From the NCBI GenBank assembly GCA_037379345.1, contig CM074517.1, positions 23,436,001 through 23,500,000 on the forward strand: a DNA stretch of 64,000 nucleotides, read 5' to 3'. Source of the DNA: Perna viridis. Lineage: Eukaryota. The notes under the pieces are model-generated. The model saw nothing but the letters and a program-made list of their open reading frames with translations. It was not told the origin of the DNA and did not search any database. Below, piece by piece: positions 1 through 13,145 of this stretch (the first letter of the stretch is position 1; every line of letters begins with the position of its first letter). Position numbers and translations under genes: made by a program.

Positions 1-530
1 ATTACCTGGGTACCTGTAGATTATATAATTGCCGTATGAAATGTCAATATATACACCAGCTGGTAAGAAATTTTCAAATATCTTGATATCAACTGAATCA
101 ATGGTACCTAATCCAGGACTAGTTTTTCAATACATAAAAAAATGGACTTTTCTCTCTTCTTGACTTACTTGGTTTTTATTAGTCTCCAACTTGAAATGAA
201 TTTACAAAATAGACCCTCGTCTTTGACTTAAAGGGGGACTTGATCCAGAACTAGTTTCTCAAATACCCAAATCTTAAGGACTTTAGTATTGATTCTTTAA
301 AAAGCATTAATCTTTTTGAAGTACTCGAGAGTCGTTCAGATAAGGTTGTAAACAGATACATCTTATACTAAGATAGACATGTACTTTACATATTTGAATA
401 GCCCCATGGTAATCTAGTGTTCTCCATTATAAAATCTGACCACGAATAAAAATTTAATGTAAATAAACTTAATAAATGTTTGTATTTTGATAGGGTAGGG
501 TGATAAATGTAGTAATAATGGTGACAAAGT

Positions 531-1140
531 TTTAGTGGGGGGAGGGGCTGGTTACTTTGGTTTAGTGGGGGGGAGAAGCTGGTTACTGATATAGTAGGGT
601 GATAGATGTAGTAATAATGGTGACAAAGTTTTGTATTGTGTCTCTTGATCTAAGCTTTGTTTTGTATTGTGTAAGAAATAAGTATTTCTGGTTGGTTTAG
701 TGGGGGGAAGGGCTGGTTACTGATATGTTTTAGTTTGGGGGAGGACTGGTTACTGATATTTTTTAGTGGAGGGAGGGGTTGGTTACTTTGGTTTATTGGG
801 GGGAGGGGCTGGTTACTGATATGTTTAAGTGGGGGGAGGGGCTGGTTACTGATATGTTTTAGTGGGGGAAGGGGCTGGTTACTTTAGTGTAGTGGGGGAG
901 GGGCTGGTTACTGAAATGTTTTAGTGGGGGAAGGGGCTGGTTACTGATATGTTTTAGTGGGGGAGGGGCTGGTTACTGATATGTTTTAGTAGGGGAGGGG
1001 CTGGTTACTTTAGTGTAGTGGGGGAGGGGCTGGTTACTGATATGTTTTAGTGGGGGAAGGGGCTGGTTACTTTGGTTTATTGGGGGGAGGGGCTGGTTAC
1101 TGATATGTTTTAGTGGGGGAGGGGGCTGGTTACTGATATG
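531..1140 (+). repeat. G-rich intronic minisatellite, unit about 31 bp (TTTTAGTGGGGGAGGGGCTGGTTACTGATATG)
   Basis: Roughly 17 visible copies, interrupted at about 590-690 by unique sequence that includes a duplicate of the upstream flank TAGGGTGATA-ATGTAGTAATAATGGTGACAAAGTTTT. Confidence 0.95.
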
Positions 1141-2425
1141 TAATGACTACCTTAATGTATTGATATTTTAGACAGATTCAAATAGCATGAAAGTACTTTT
1201 GAACTGCTATGATTAATGATAGTGAGAATTTTATACGCCCATATTTTTTTTTACAATAGTTGAAATGGTACTCTTTTAACCTTTCAGTCTTTCTATTCAT
1301 CAATAGGTCATACTATAACCCAAAATGTTTTAATGCTGTTCAATATTTTCTGTCAGAGTTATGGGACTTTTTAACACACCACCCCCTCCCCAAGGTGGTG
1401 GGATGGGTCTGGTGTACTATGTAATTTCTGTAACCAGTTATTAGCTAAATACAATTATTTTTTATAATGATACAGCATATCTGACTGTCATTACACAAAA
1501 ATTGAAGTATTCATGCATGCATTTTGGCTGTATTTATCAGAACTTATCTAAATTATTTAATTTGCCAGGGTTAATGCCCTTTCTTTAGCAGACGTATGAT
1601 AACTAATTGTTTAGCGAACTCATGCATGTAAATATTACAGTCAAGCATACTCAGATATGTTCTTCATTAATCATTCAGGTGAATAAACTATCAAAAATAA
1701 TTTAGACCTTCAGGTCACCATTCAATGTCCTGTTATATATTTACTACCAGTTTCTAGTGTATTCAAACAATAAAACATTCTCAGAAAGAAGTACTCTAGC
1801 TAAACTTTTTTAGGAGTTTGGAGTACAGTGAAAATATAACTGCAAGACATCACTCCCAAATTTTGATAGTGCTAAAAGAAAGGAGATTTGCTTTCAAACT
1901 CTTAATATATTAAGTATATGTATTATTCTATATTACATCACCTATAACCCCATTCCTTATCTCAGGAAGACACACATTGTTGATTTGGGACTACTATACC
2001 GTCAGCCTGGCCCTGTGTTCAAGTGACACTAGTTAATTACTTACAGTATCACTGCATTTAATTTTGATAATTGTACATTTGAAGGTTCACGCACTTCTGT
2101 AGGTAGTTTTGTTTGTTGGTGATGGATTTGGATTCCTATTTCGATTGTATTTATTTTGAGTACTTTTTGTAAACAACAATTTTTTTATTTAGATCTTTCT
2201 GTGTATTTGACTCTAATATTGTTGATGAGAGGTTAGTCCATGAAACATGTGTACAGCATTTCACACTTTGCAATATTCTTTTATATTTAGTACATTTTTG
2301 TACTATAAAGCATGTTTATAGTCAGGATTAAAATAGAACAAATTCAATTATTTTGAATTTTTGTTAGAAGTAATATGAAAGAAAATAAAAAAAAAAACTT
2401 AGTTGATCAATTTTGTTTGTTTTAG

Positions 2426-5400
2426 AAATTGAAAGAATCAAAACAGAGACAACATCGGCAGTATTAGAGAATCTATCCCCTGGACATGTATACATCATTA
2501 CTATTATGGCTGTCAACAGTGTAGGTGCTGGAGAACAGTTTGATTTCCATGCTGCTACAGGTAAACTTTACATACAAACTCAATGGGGCAAGTAATTAAA
2601 GTGTATTTTCTTCTGTATGTCTGACTGTCTGTTTCTGCTTATAAAGATAAGTATCTTAGCTTTTTTTTTAAGAGATAGAAAATTCATGAATCTTGGTATG
2701 ACAATAGTCTGTTTTTTGTATGAAATTATGAAGATAAATGTTACTGATGATTTGAAAGACGAAAAGGAAAATGAAATTATAAAGATAAATGTTATTAATG
2801 ATCTGAAAGAAAAATTCTAAGTACAGAACCAGTGTGGGGTCAGCATACTTTATTGTTTTCTAAAGCCTTGATGGATTTTTTTATTTCATTGCTAAAGAAG
2901 ATGTGATGTAGACAAAAAATTAATTATATCTACTCATATTATAAAATATTTAAAAAAATTAAAAAGTGATGAAATTTGAATTGGCTACCTTTTTTTGTTT
3001 TGAGGAGGCGGAGGGGGCGGGTTGGGGTTGGGGGAGGGGTGTATGAGAGATTCAGAGGTACTGCCTTGCATACTTTGAACAATGACCATTTAAAATACTG
3101 CAAAGTAGATACATGGAAATGAGTTTAGATCAAACAGACTAGATTATTTTTTCCAGTCTTGTTGCCTACAGTACCAACAGAACCTACAACAGAGGAAATA
3201 ATGACAACAGCAACCTTTACAACAGGGAACACTTTAGGGTCAAAGGGAGATAACTCATTCCTGTCGTCTGCTGTATTTGGTGGTATTGTCACAGGATCAG
3301 TATTTGTTGTCATGGTGATTATACTGGTTACCTGTTTATGTATCAGAAGAAAAAGACAAGACCAAAGTAAATATGGTTAGTTTTGAAGTAAACATGTAGT
3401 TAAGTTCATTGGTCATCATTGTCCATGGCTGAATTTGATGCCTATGATAATAAGGACTTATGTGATTATTTCATGTTTAGGCCTATAAGCCCATTGAGTT
3501 TTGAAAGTTTACTCATGTGAAAGATCCAGAATCATCTAGAAATTTTATTGGACTACCTACACTAAATACTACTGAAATTGGAAATAATTTTATTACAGTG
3601 TATTACTAATAATGCTTCTAAAACTTATCGTTGGAGTTGATTTATTGGATACAAAAGTCTGTCATTGCAGTGTCATCTTGTAAGGGAAATAAGCGAAAAT
3701 TCATATGCTGAAAATCCTATTTCAACCATCTTGTATATTTTTTGGGGGCCAATTTAAAGTATATCAGATCCTTAATTTTATTTGGCCATTTATCTCCGCA
3801 GAAGCATAGCATGTCCAATTTGCAAATACTATCTTTCTTTTCTTTAAAATCATCTAGTATGTATGCAAAGTAAACCTTTTGGGATTTTTTTGTGAATAGT
3901 GGTATAATTAAAAAAAAAATGCAGAAATGGAAGATGCTAGTGAATGTTTAACAAAGATTTTTTTTATTAATTGAAATTATAAGAATTGACTAAATAAGAT
4001 GTTAAAATTTGTCAGGAAGTTAATATACATGTTGATATATTGTAAAATATAGACCTTTCAAATCAGTTAGATTTAGATATAATGTTACATGAAAGGAAGT
4101 CTTGTATACTATTTAATAAGACCACAATACAACTTATTTTATCAACCCACTTAATGCAATGGTATCATTTTCCATTATTAATTGTATTCAGCATACTTAT
4201 TATCTACAGTGAAATCTGTCTAAACTGAACACATTTTAGACTTTAAAATTTATTCAGTTTAGACAGGTGTTTGGTTTACCAAGGTTAAAAATATGTTTAA
4301 GTGTAAGTATTTGTAAGAATCAGGCAAGATGGGAAAAATCAGAAACATACACTGTTCTGACAATGTAATGTCACTCAAGGATACTTTCTCTATTTGAAAA
4401 AAAAACCATTTATTTGATCTCTGTATCACTGGCTTTACTCAGAGGTTTTCAATAGAATGTTAGAAAAATGAGGTTTTTGACTGAGTTATCTGCCCCTGAA
4501 ATGTTCATTTTCAGTGCATTTCAATGAAATTATAACTCAAATAGCCAAAATGATATGGAAAATATTCTTTTTACCTTGATTCTGATGGTGCAGATTGTCA
4601 AATTACACTATCAAAATGATGGTTTTTTTTTCATACCATGTTTCACCCACTGCCTGATTTTTACGAAGACTGCTACTTAAATATATACAGGGAGTTAAAA
4701 ATGTGTCTGGTTTAGTCAGGTTTTCAGATTACTCAGGATTTGGTTTAGACAGGTTACACTGTATATGATTATGAATGACCCATTTATTAAGGATGTGATA
4801 CTGCAGATCAGGTTACATGTAGAACAGGGAAGTTCCTGTTTCTTTCTAATAAATCTTAATACCTCAGGTGTGTCTACAGCTGAATGAGGAAAACTTAATA
4901 TTTTGATGTGATTTTTTTTTGTGGTGTATAGTTTTCCTACAATAGATTTCATTGATATAATGGAAAATGCTGCTTTTCTAACTTCATGTAAGAATTTGGA
5001 GTGATATTTTTAAATTTGTTTTTGATTTCTAAATTCATATTTTTAAAGTTTTGTGTACAGAAAATTTAATATATCGAACAATTTTTATATCTTTTCTATC
5101 AATAAAAATTGGGATTTTCTTTAACTGAAACAGAATTAATTAATTTTTTTTTGCCTATCAGATGTTTTATATGACACCTATAACACCAGTCATTTTTCTC
5201 TTTTTCAGCAAAGAATCCAGATGTTTTTGGAAATATAGATGGCAACAAATCTTTAGGGTAACTACTTACTTTAATGATTATAGCTTTAGAAAAAGAAAAA
5301 AAAAATGATTTGCTATTAAAGAGTATTGTAGTAAAGTTATGATTTATTGGAGTCTGACCCATTAATGATCACTGATCCATGACCCATCCGTGATTATATG

Positions 5401-8132
5401 ATCACATATCCATGACCAATCCATGATATATTTTGACAGATTAGATAGCTTATCACAACTCCTCCTTAGCTTTTCATTGGATTTGCAATTGATTAATATG
5501 CTTGAAAAAATCTTGTTCTATGCCTGCTAAGGTAGATAATTCCTGTTAAGAGGGAGATAATCCAACTACATGGATTTACATGTTAAAAAAAAAACGACTT
5601 TAAATGGACTTAATGAAAGTTTTAGCAATGGTTAGGCATAATTGTTGATGTGCATAAAAGAAGATAACCATTGTATCAAAGCTTTATAGACATGTAACTA
5701 CCTTTCCTGTGTGTCATCTTTAATATTTCCTTCATAGTATATATATTCTATTGATATAATTTTGTACTATTTAGAACAAAAGACAGAGGAGCCGTTAGGA
5801 GAATAGACTTCACGGGAGAACATACTCAGTATGGGTCAAACAGTAAAACGGAGAAGGTATTTTTCACTAAGAATATCTCTAAAGATTTTAGATTGGTTCT
5901 TCTTGCACAGCTGAAGAATGATATGAATTTATTGTAAACCTGAAAGTTTTGTAATATTTATACCTCACAAAGAGGGGGTATGTCTTAGATTCACCTTTTT
6001 CACCTGCCAATCCGTCCATTCATCTGTTGAAGTTTCGTATCAGTGGATTTCAAATTTGGTATGTGGCTTTATATAGATGGGGTATACATTGTCAAAAATT
6101 TGTGTTGCTGTCTGATATCAACTTTCTGTATGCGTTGGGGTATACTAGTATACCTAGCCAGACCATGTGTGCAACGTCATGTTTGTTATTGTAGAAGATG
6201 CAACTAGGATCAATTTGTGGATCATAATAATTCACATTTTGAAAATTTTTGATGGAAATGATGAGGATTAAAAGTTAAAAAAAGATATTTTTCATATTGC
6301 AAAAATGATGCTTCTGGGAGTTTTCTGCAAAAAGGGTTTTTGCTATCCCCCCAAAAATACAAATTGTGGTCATCTCTGAATATATTGGCAGTACTGTTTC
6401 CACTAAAAACTTTGGAGTATGTACCAGGTGCACCAGTAGGCAAAGCTCACTCTGCTTTTCTAGACACATCTGCCCAGTTGCTCATATGATGTCAAATCTA
6501 ATGATTTTGGGATGCATGCATATACATACATATTGTATTTTAGACTTGATCTCGTATTATCTCATATTTTACCTATTGTAGTTAACAACTGGTTGTATAA
6601 ATAATTTTACTGGTTTTATTGTAGGATAACCAGAGTGCCCATGTGTCAGCTTTAGAAGTTCCTGATAGAAAACTGTTGAAGAATTCAAACACTTCTATAC
6701 ATGGTAAGTCTACAGGTTTCTTTAATCTCCTACTGGGGGAAGCCAAAGATGACCAGTTTAAGGTTCCATTAATCTATCTGTCCTTGGTCCATTTCATACC
6801 CAGATGTATGGGCTATTAAGATATTTGATTTTAATGTAATAGATCTATTTAGATGAATTGTTGATTGAAATAAGTTTTGATGGAGTTAAATCCTCTGGTT
6901 TAGTATTTTTTCATGAAATTTTCAGATGTCTGGACTTTCATTAAGCAATTTGAAATATGGGCTTATATTTAGATGAGCTACATATGAAATTTGAATTTTT
7001 GTTTAGTCTAATTGTACCACCCCACAAACAAAGTTTGGGGGTATATAGGAATTAACCTGTGTGTCTGTTCACATTCTTGTAAGCTCGACTCTTCCTAAAC
7101 CGCTCAAGGGATTTTGATGACATTTTATAGGAATGTTGAGCATCATAAAGGTATATAACTACTGTCAATGGACTTGTAAGGGAGATAATAAAACTGTAAG
7201 GTGATACATTGAACTACATTTGAAACGGGGTTATTCACTTTGTGAACTTGCTCACAGTATTTCTAGTTCTTCCTCAGCTTTAGTCATTCTAATGAAATGT
7301 TATGATTTTTAAACAAAAATAGAACAGAATCAGAATAGACCCAAGAGAAACAATCCAATGGCAAGATGAAATGGTAAATACTGAATAATTTCCAAAAATG
7401 ACCAATTTTAATTTAGAGAAATACAGTATTGTGTTTCAGTTATCAATTTGATTTGCAGGTATAGAGAACCCAGGGTACAGCGAGGGAAGAGGGGGAGACA
7501 CAGAATCAATAGCTGTCTCAATGACATTGTCATCAGAGGATTTACTCTCACAGGTATTTTCGGAAGCAATGGGAAAGGGGTTAATAGGTATTAGAAATTT
7601 TGTGATGAAAAAAGGTGAAGGAGACAGACACCGTTGCCACTGTAGAATTTACCATACATGTCGTAAGGGCATGATTAAGTAAGTTACAGGGACTTGTGGT
7701 AAAAAGGTGTGAAGAAGGTCACATAAAAATGTTTGGATTTGGTAAGAGGTTTCTTCAATAGTTGGAGTTGAGTAGGGAATAAAGTTGATTAGATACTTAA
7801 ATTTAAAAAAGATAACTCATATGGAAAAGGTCTTTATCTGTTATTTATGGTCGTAACACATAATTTGAAGACAAAGTGGCCATTTGACAACATATAAAAA
7901 TATCATTTGTGATGATATGAACAAGTAAATCTTTCATTACTTTAATGATTCTTTTCAATTGCAGGGGGGAGCTAGTCTTAAAAGGACCAGCAGAATGAAA
8001 AGTGAAAGTGCAGCAGCTATTGCAGTTATGAGGAACAAGCGGTTGCCACGGTTACCAAAATCCATGGATGACACAGACACTTTAATCAATCATGATTCAG
8101 TGGTAGTATATACAGAAAGAACGGCGCTGTAA
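2426..8132 (+). CDS. 3' part of a fibronectin type-III single-pass (type I) membrane receptor/adhesion protein; 5' exons lie upstream of the window
   Basis: Phase-compatible GT-AG exons: 2426-2560 (FN3 C-half SAVLENLSPGHVYIITIMAVNSVGAG), 3157-3375 (Thr-rich stalk, TM AVFGGIVTGSVFVVMVIILVTCLCI, stop-transfer RRKR), 5209-5257, 5775-5856, 6625-6703, 7459-7553 (GIENPGY), 7965-8132 (ends VVVYTERTAL*). Confidence 0.85.
4207..4761. mobile_element. Tc1/mariner-type MITE (CAGTGAAA..TGTCTAAAC family) carrying a nested insertion
   Basis: TIRs CAGTGAAATCTGTCTAAAC / GTTTAGACAGGTTACACTG, flanked by TA on both sides. Confidence 0.75.
4301..4676. mobile_element. TTAA-flanked non-autonomous DNA transposon (Kolobok/piggyBac-type target site) nested in the MITE above
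   Basis: TTAA at 4297-4300 and 4677-4680; imperfect TIRs GTGTAAGTATTTGTAAGAATCAGGCA / TGCCTGATTTTTACGAAGACTGCTAC; ends resemble the elements at 21125 and 47483. Confidence 0.65.
7013..7268 (+). mobile_element. Short degenerate HINE/Helentron-type non-autonomous element
   Basis: 5' hairpin CCCC..AAAC/GTTTGGGG, GTCT-type microsatellite remnant, 3' palindrome TGTGA..TCACA and terminal TTTCTAGTT; same layout as the 56989 element. Confidence 0.5.
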
Positions 8133-10725
8133 CAAAGTAAACAATTTTTCCATCAGTTTTACATGTGAGAAGATTGTAATTGGAAGTTGACAAAACTGGT
8201 TTTCTGCTGTTTACTGAAAATTGGCTTATAGTAGAAAGAAAGTGTTCAAATCCAAATGTTGATTATGCTTTTTTAAGTTGTGAGATGAGTGAGAAGTTGA
8301 AAAGCAAACATTTTTGTGCTGTTGCACGTTAATTATGTGCTTTTATGGAGAGGTTTTCTAATTATGTGATGCCACTGTTGATGAGTTCAAATTATTTTCA
8401 AAGTTTAATGTTGATCAATAATTTGAGAACTAAATGAGTTGTTTGACTTAGATTTGTGAACAAGATTTATCAATGCATTATGAGCATGAAAGTTCATGTT
8501 TTTTGTGGAATTTAAGTGATCCGTAAAGATTTAATGTTGTAGAACAGTACTATAACATAAGGTACTAAGTTTTTTTTATATTTTATTTTTAATTGTGAAG
8601 GATAGACAGTGTAAACTGTTATGTTTGTGTGTTTGGTACTTGTAGTTTTTCCTCAGTGCAGTTGGGATATTTGCGGAATTTGCACAACTCAAAATCCTTA
8701 TTTGGTCATTAGTAATGAAATGCAGTTTTTAATGCAAGGATTTTTTAAAATAATATACAGAATTATACTCAATTCAACAATTTAAGAAGAAAACAAATTA
8801 ATTTTTTCATGAAGTTACATCAGCGTATAATGGCTCACAGTAAGGGTATTCAGACAATATGTAAAATGAATAGATATATATAGTTTTTGGTATTAACACT
8901 AGAGGCCTCAAGAGCTTAAATACTTCAGAGGTCAAGAAGGTTACTTCCAAATGCACTTAAATTTTAATTGTTGGGATTGTATTTCTTCCATTTCTAAATT
9001 GTTGTGATAATTATCACTTTGTCTCAAAACAGTTGCAAATTCCTTTTATATGATGTAATTTTTACCATAGCTTTAGATACTCTTGATTTATAGATTCTCC
9101 TGTAGTAATGAGTTATTTAAATTATTTCTTCACTGGAGATGGTAATACTAAGATTTTCAACATGTAGGCTTAAGTGAATCATCAATAAATAACCTGAAGG
9201 AGAATCCTTTTTTCCCATGAAATTTGTAAAAAACTTGGAAAATGTAAAATGGTGGGAAAACTATTACAGAAATTTAATCACTGCCTGATAGTTCAAAAGT
9301 CACATGTATTTTTAATCACTGTCTTAGAATGGGACAAAATACTTTTCATACTGTATCAGAGTATTGTTTTTAGTCTGTATTTACAATATTTGATAGATAA
9401 AATCTGTAATGTATAAATGTAACAGCAAAGCTGTCATTTTAATAGGTGGGAGAGTTGTTAAATTTACTGATGCTGCTAAAATAATTCTCCCTGTGACAAG
9501 ACTAGGGTTTTCATGACTTCTTGTTGGGTTTATGACCTAAAAAGAACAAAGCTAGTTAAGCTACGTGTATAATTTTTTCTCAGCACAAAAACAAAACTAT
9601 GTAAGAAAATCCTTCACTGGCATTCTAGATAGAGTCTTTATTATATATCCCCAGTGATTTCATCTGATGTTTAAATGAACCTTGCATTTGATTAATTAAA
9701 TTTAGTGCATAATTTACATAGAAATTCAATTAATCATCTTTAAGAATTTTATTCATCAACATTATTATACATTTTAATGATGCTTGAGCAAAAATAGTCA
9801 TATTTTTTTTTAGTAGAGGAAAAAAGGGGTAGATAGGGACGGAGGAAATTGTCATACTTTTTTTTGGTCTTACAGCAATATTAGTGTTAAATTCACAATC
9901 ATTGTTTGTCTTGTGTACATTGTTGATATTTACGATAGAAACTATGCAGATTGTAAGTAGTATGTAAGAAAAATGAAATGTTGTTATTGTTTTCTAAGGC
10001 ATCTTTACATAGTGATACAAGTTATGTTTCCATTGTCATTCATTGAAGACCCATGGGTGGCCTTTAGCTGACATTTTTCATCCCGGTGGGGTTGTTGTTC
10101 CTTTTAAATATTCGCCATATCCCTTCTTGCTATATGTTAAGAACACTACTATCAACAATTTCAATTTCTCCATTTTCCACCCAACACAGTGGAGTCACCA
10201 TTTCAAAATGTGTCTGTAGCTTACTTTTTATGACTGCATGCAACATATATATCATGATTTTTATACATATCATTTCAAAATAATTGAAAAGTATTGAAAT
10301 ACAGAAATATTTTCTTAGTTTCTGCTTTAGCAGAGACACGGATGAGTCACAGTGAAGAAAAAAAAATGGTTCCATTGTGGAGAGAGGAGAACTTAAAATT
10401 TAGGTTAATACTTGGTTATCTTACTATAACACTGTTTGGAGTGTGACTTTCCATGTCAATACACATCTCTTTCAATAAAGGAAGAAAATTAAACCCTTGA
10501 ACAGATATCTGACTCCACTGAAGATTTCTTCATTATACACCTTTATAGAAAAAAGAGCTTTTTTGGAGGTAGAAGGAGTTAATATGATTCACACTATCAG
10601 TCTGTCTGTCTGTAGGGCATTATTAGGGAAGCTTTGAGTTCAATCAATGAATGAATGTTTTGCAGTTCCATACACTCAATTGAAATGAATTTTATCGTTT
10701 TAAAAATGAAGAGTGTTTCATGGTA

Positions 10726-10858
10726 CAGTGTAACTTGTCTAAATCACTTATTGAAGTCCTTCTATATCAATTAACGTATATTTTGAACTTTGGTAAACTA
10801 AACACCTGTCTAAACTGAACAAAGTCCATAAGGGGTTAAGTGTAGATAGATTTCACTG
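10726..10858. mobile_element. MITE of the same TA-flanked family as 4207-4761
   Basis: TA|CAGTGTAACTTGTCTAAA ... AGATTTCACTG|TA. Confidence 0.65.
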
Positions 10859-13145
10859 TATAAATAATTATTTTCAGTTGAACAATTTGTCACACTTATT
10901 TTTCTGTTTGGAAAACTCTAAAATTAATGCTCATGTTATATACATGAACATAGTACTGGTTGCCTTGGACTTTTATCACATTGTAAACCTGCCTTTATTT
11001 GTTGTTAAATGTTAGTTTTCTGACTTAGAATGTGTCAATATGTATTTATAGTCATTGCAAGAATTACATTGTTGTTGTAGTCAATTATAATACTCAGGTT
11101 AGAAGATTAGCGAGTGTCTTATGACGCTGTGTCAAGTGATGGCATTTAGCTTTTTAGAAATAGACAAGTTTAGAAACTAGTTTCATGACAGACTATTTTG
11201 AGTACTGTAAATTCTGTATTACTGCATCATTTTTATTTTGGCAAAAATTTTCATTATCACGAAAATATAAATGACTTTTTAGGTAAAAAATAATTTAATC
11301 ACAAAAATAAAGATATGCAGCGATTTCTTGAATTGCAGTTAAAGGACATATGGTAGTGTATTTATACATAGACCTTTACCTAAAGTGCCCTTTATCCAGT
11401 ATATTAACTTATAAACAGATTACAGACCACACCAATTAGCTAAGTAATGATTGAATCGGTCATTCATTCACTAAGTAAACATAGAAAAAGTTGAAAAAAG
11501 AATTTTTTAATTGTCAAAGCTACTTTTATGGATATGAAAAAATTCACATCAGTTTGTAAAATGTTCATTACAGGTTGAAATCAATCCATGCAAAATATTT
11601 TTACCATATTTTTTATATGGGAACACCATAGTTTTTGTCAGCCATCTATAATTCTGGTACATTATAGTAGCTACAGAGAATCTGATAAAGCATGTTCCCT
11701 ATTGTCAGTTATGCTAGAAGTATAGGTTATCATGTTTTCACTTCACCATATTTTCATTTTCCAGATTTTCAAAACTGTGAAAGGGAAATAACTCAAGATT
11801 CATGATTGTGATGCAACACTACACAGTTAGGTGTCTTTCATAGATGCTCTTAATCAAAATTATACGTTTTTGTGATCATTTATGTGATATTTTTTATGTG
11901 TTCACATTTACTGTTGAATAAAATATATAGCAAATGTTTTTATTTCTCTATGAAGTGGCTTTTTTGAAGACCTTCCTTAGGTCTCACTAACCACTTCCGG
12001 GTCCAATGGCCACCCCTATGTAGTACCATAAACACACTGAACCTAGATCCAAGCATTGTAAGAGCATTATTTGTGTGTATCCTGATCAAAAGTAGTCAAG
12101 ATAAAGCTGAGAATGTGTACTTTAAAATGAAATTTGTAATTTACTACAGAAGTATGAATATTGTTTACATGTGTGAGTAATTTGCCTCCATGCTGTCAGT
12201 TAGCAAAAAAAAAGTAAAAGTGTAGATTTTGAGTATTATTTATTCAAGTAAATTTTCTGAAGAATTTCTACAATCATTGTACCATTAGCGTAATTTTTTT
12301 GGAAGCTTCGTAACGTAACTTTAAGATGTCATTTGTCCTGGGAATTTACAGTGAAACTGAAAGTTACTTGTTTAACATGTAAAGTAATGGAAGCGTAAGA
12401 AGTGGTTAATGAGACCTTACTCCTCATAGGGTTGGGCTCTGGAGAACCAATAGTGTTTAAGTTAATGGTTTTTGAGATGTCATGAGCAGTTACTTTTTTA
12501 ATAATCTTAAAAGTCCTAAATGTGTTTACCAGTCTCAAAACTAGACAATGTCCCAGTTGCAGAGACTACAATATTTAGTTAAGAAGATGTAGCAACCCTG
12601 AAAGTAGAAACAAAGGGAAGATTTTTGGAGAAAACCATGCTGGAACACCAAAAACACTGATAAAAGTGTTCATCCTTACAAAAAGAACACTGAAAAGTTC
12701 ATTTTCCTTTCTGTAACCTAAAAAATAACCCATCAATGTTATATATCACTGTAGGGAATAGAACACAAGTCTTCACATAGTTTGTACTACCTTGCCTCGT
12801 CAGCACAGGTGATGAACAAAGCTACGAGGGCTTTAGTCTAGGAGCCAACAACAGTCAAATCTTCATTATCATGTCAATTCAGGTTTGATAAGATCTTAAA
12901 TACTTATTTCTTGTCCTAATTATGTACAATAAAAAGCAAATTAGCTATATTGTAGGCAATAAATTAGGGTGGATGAATGTATGACTTAGATGCAAAAAGT
13001 AAACATGACAATCCTGTTCTATCATTTTGCATTGTAATTGTTCGATTAAGGCTGGGCTTTTGTCTGTCTTCATTGGCTTTGTCTTTCTCAGCTTAATGGT
13101 GTTTTTGACAACTGAGTATTTGCAGAGAAGTTTTTGTTGGGTCTT

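Noticed and set aside
7323-7373. Possible extra exon of the FN3 gene ending G|GTAAAT
   Set aside because: No pyrimidine tract, stops in the required phase, and 6703 joined to 7459 is already in frame.
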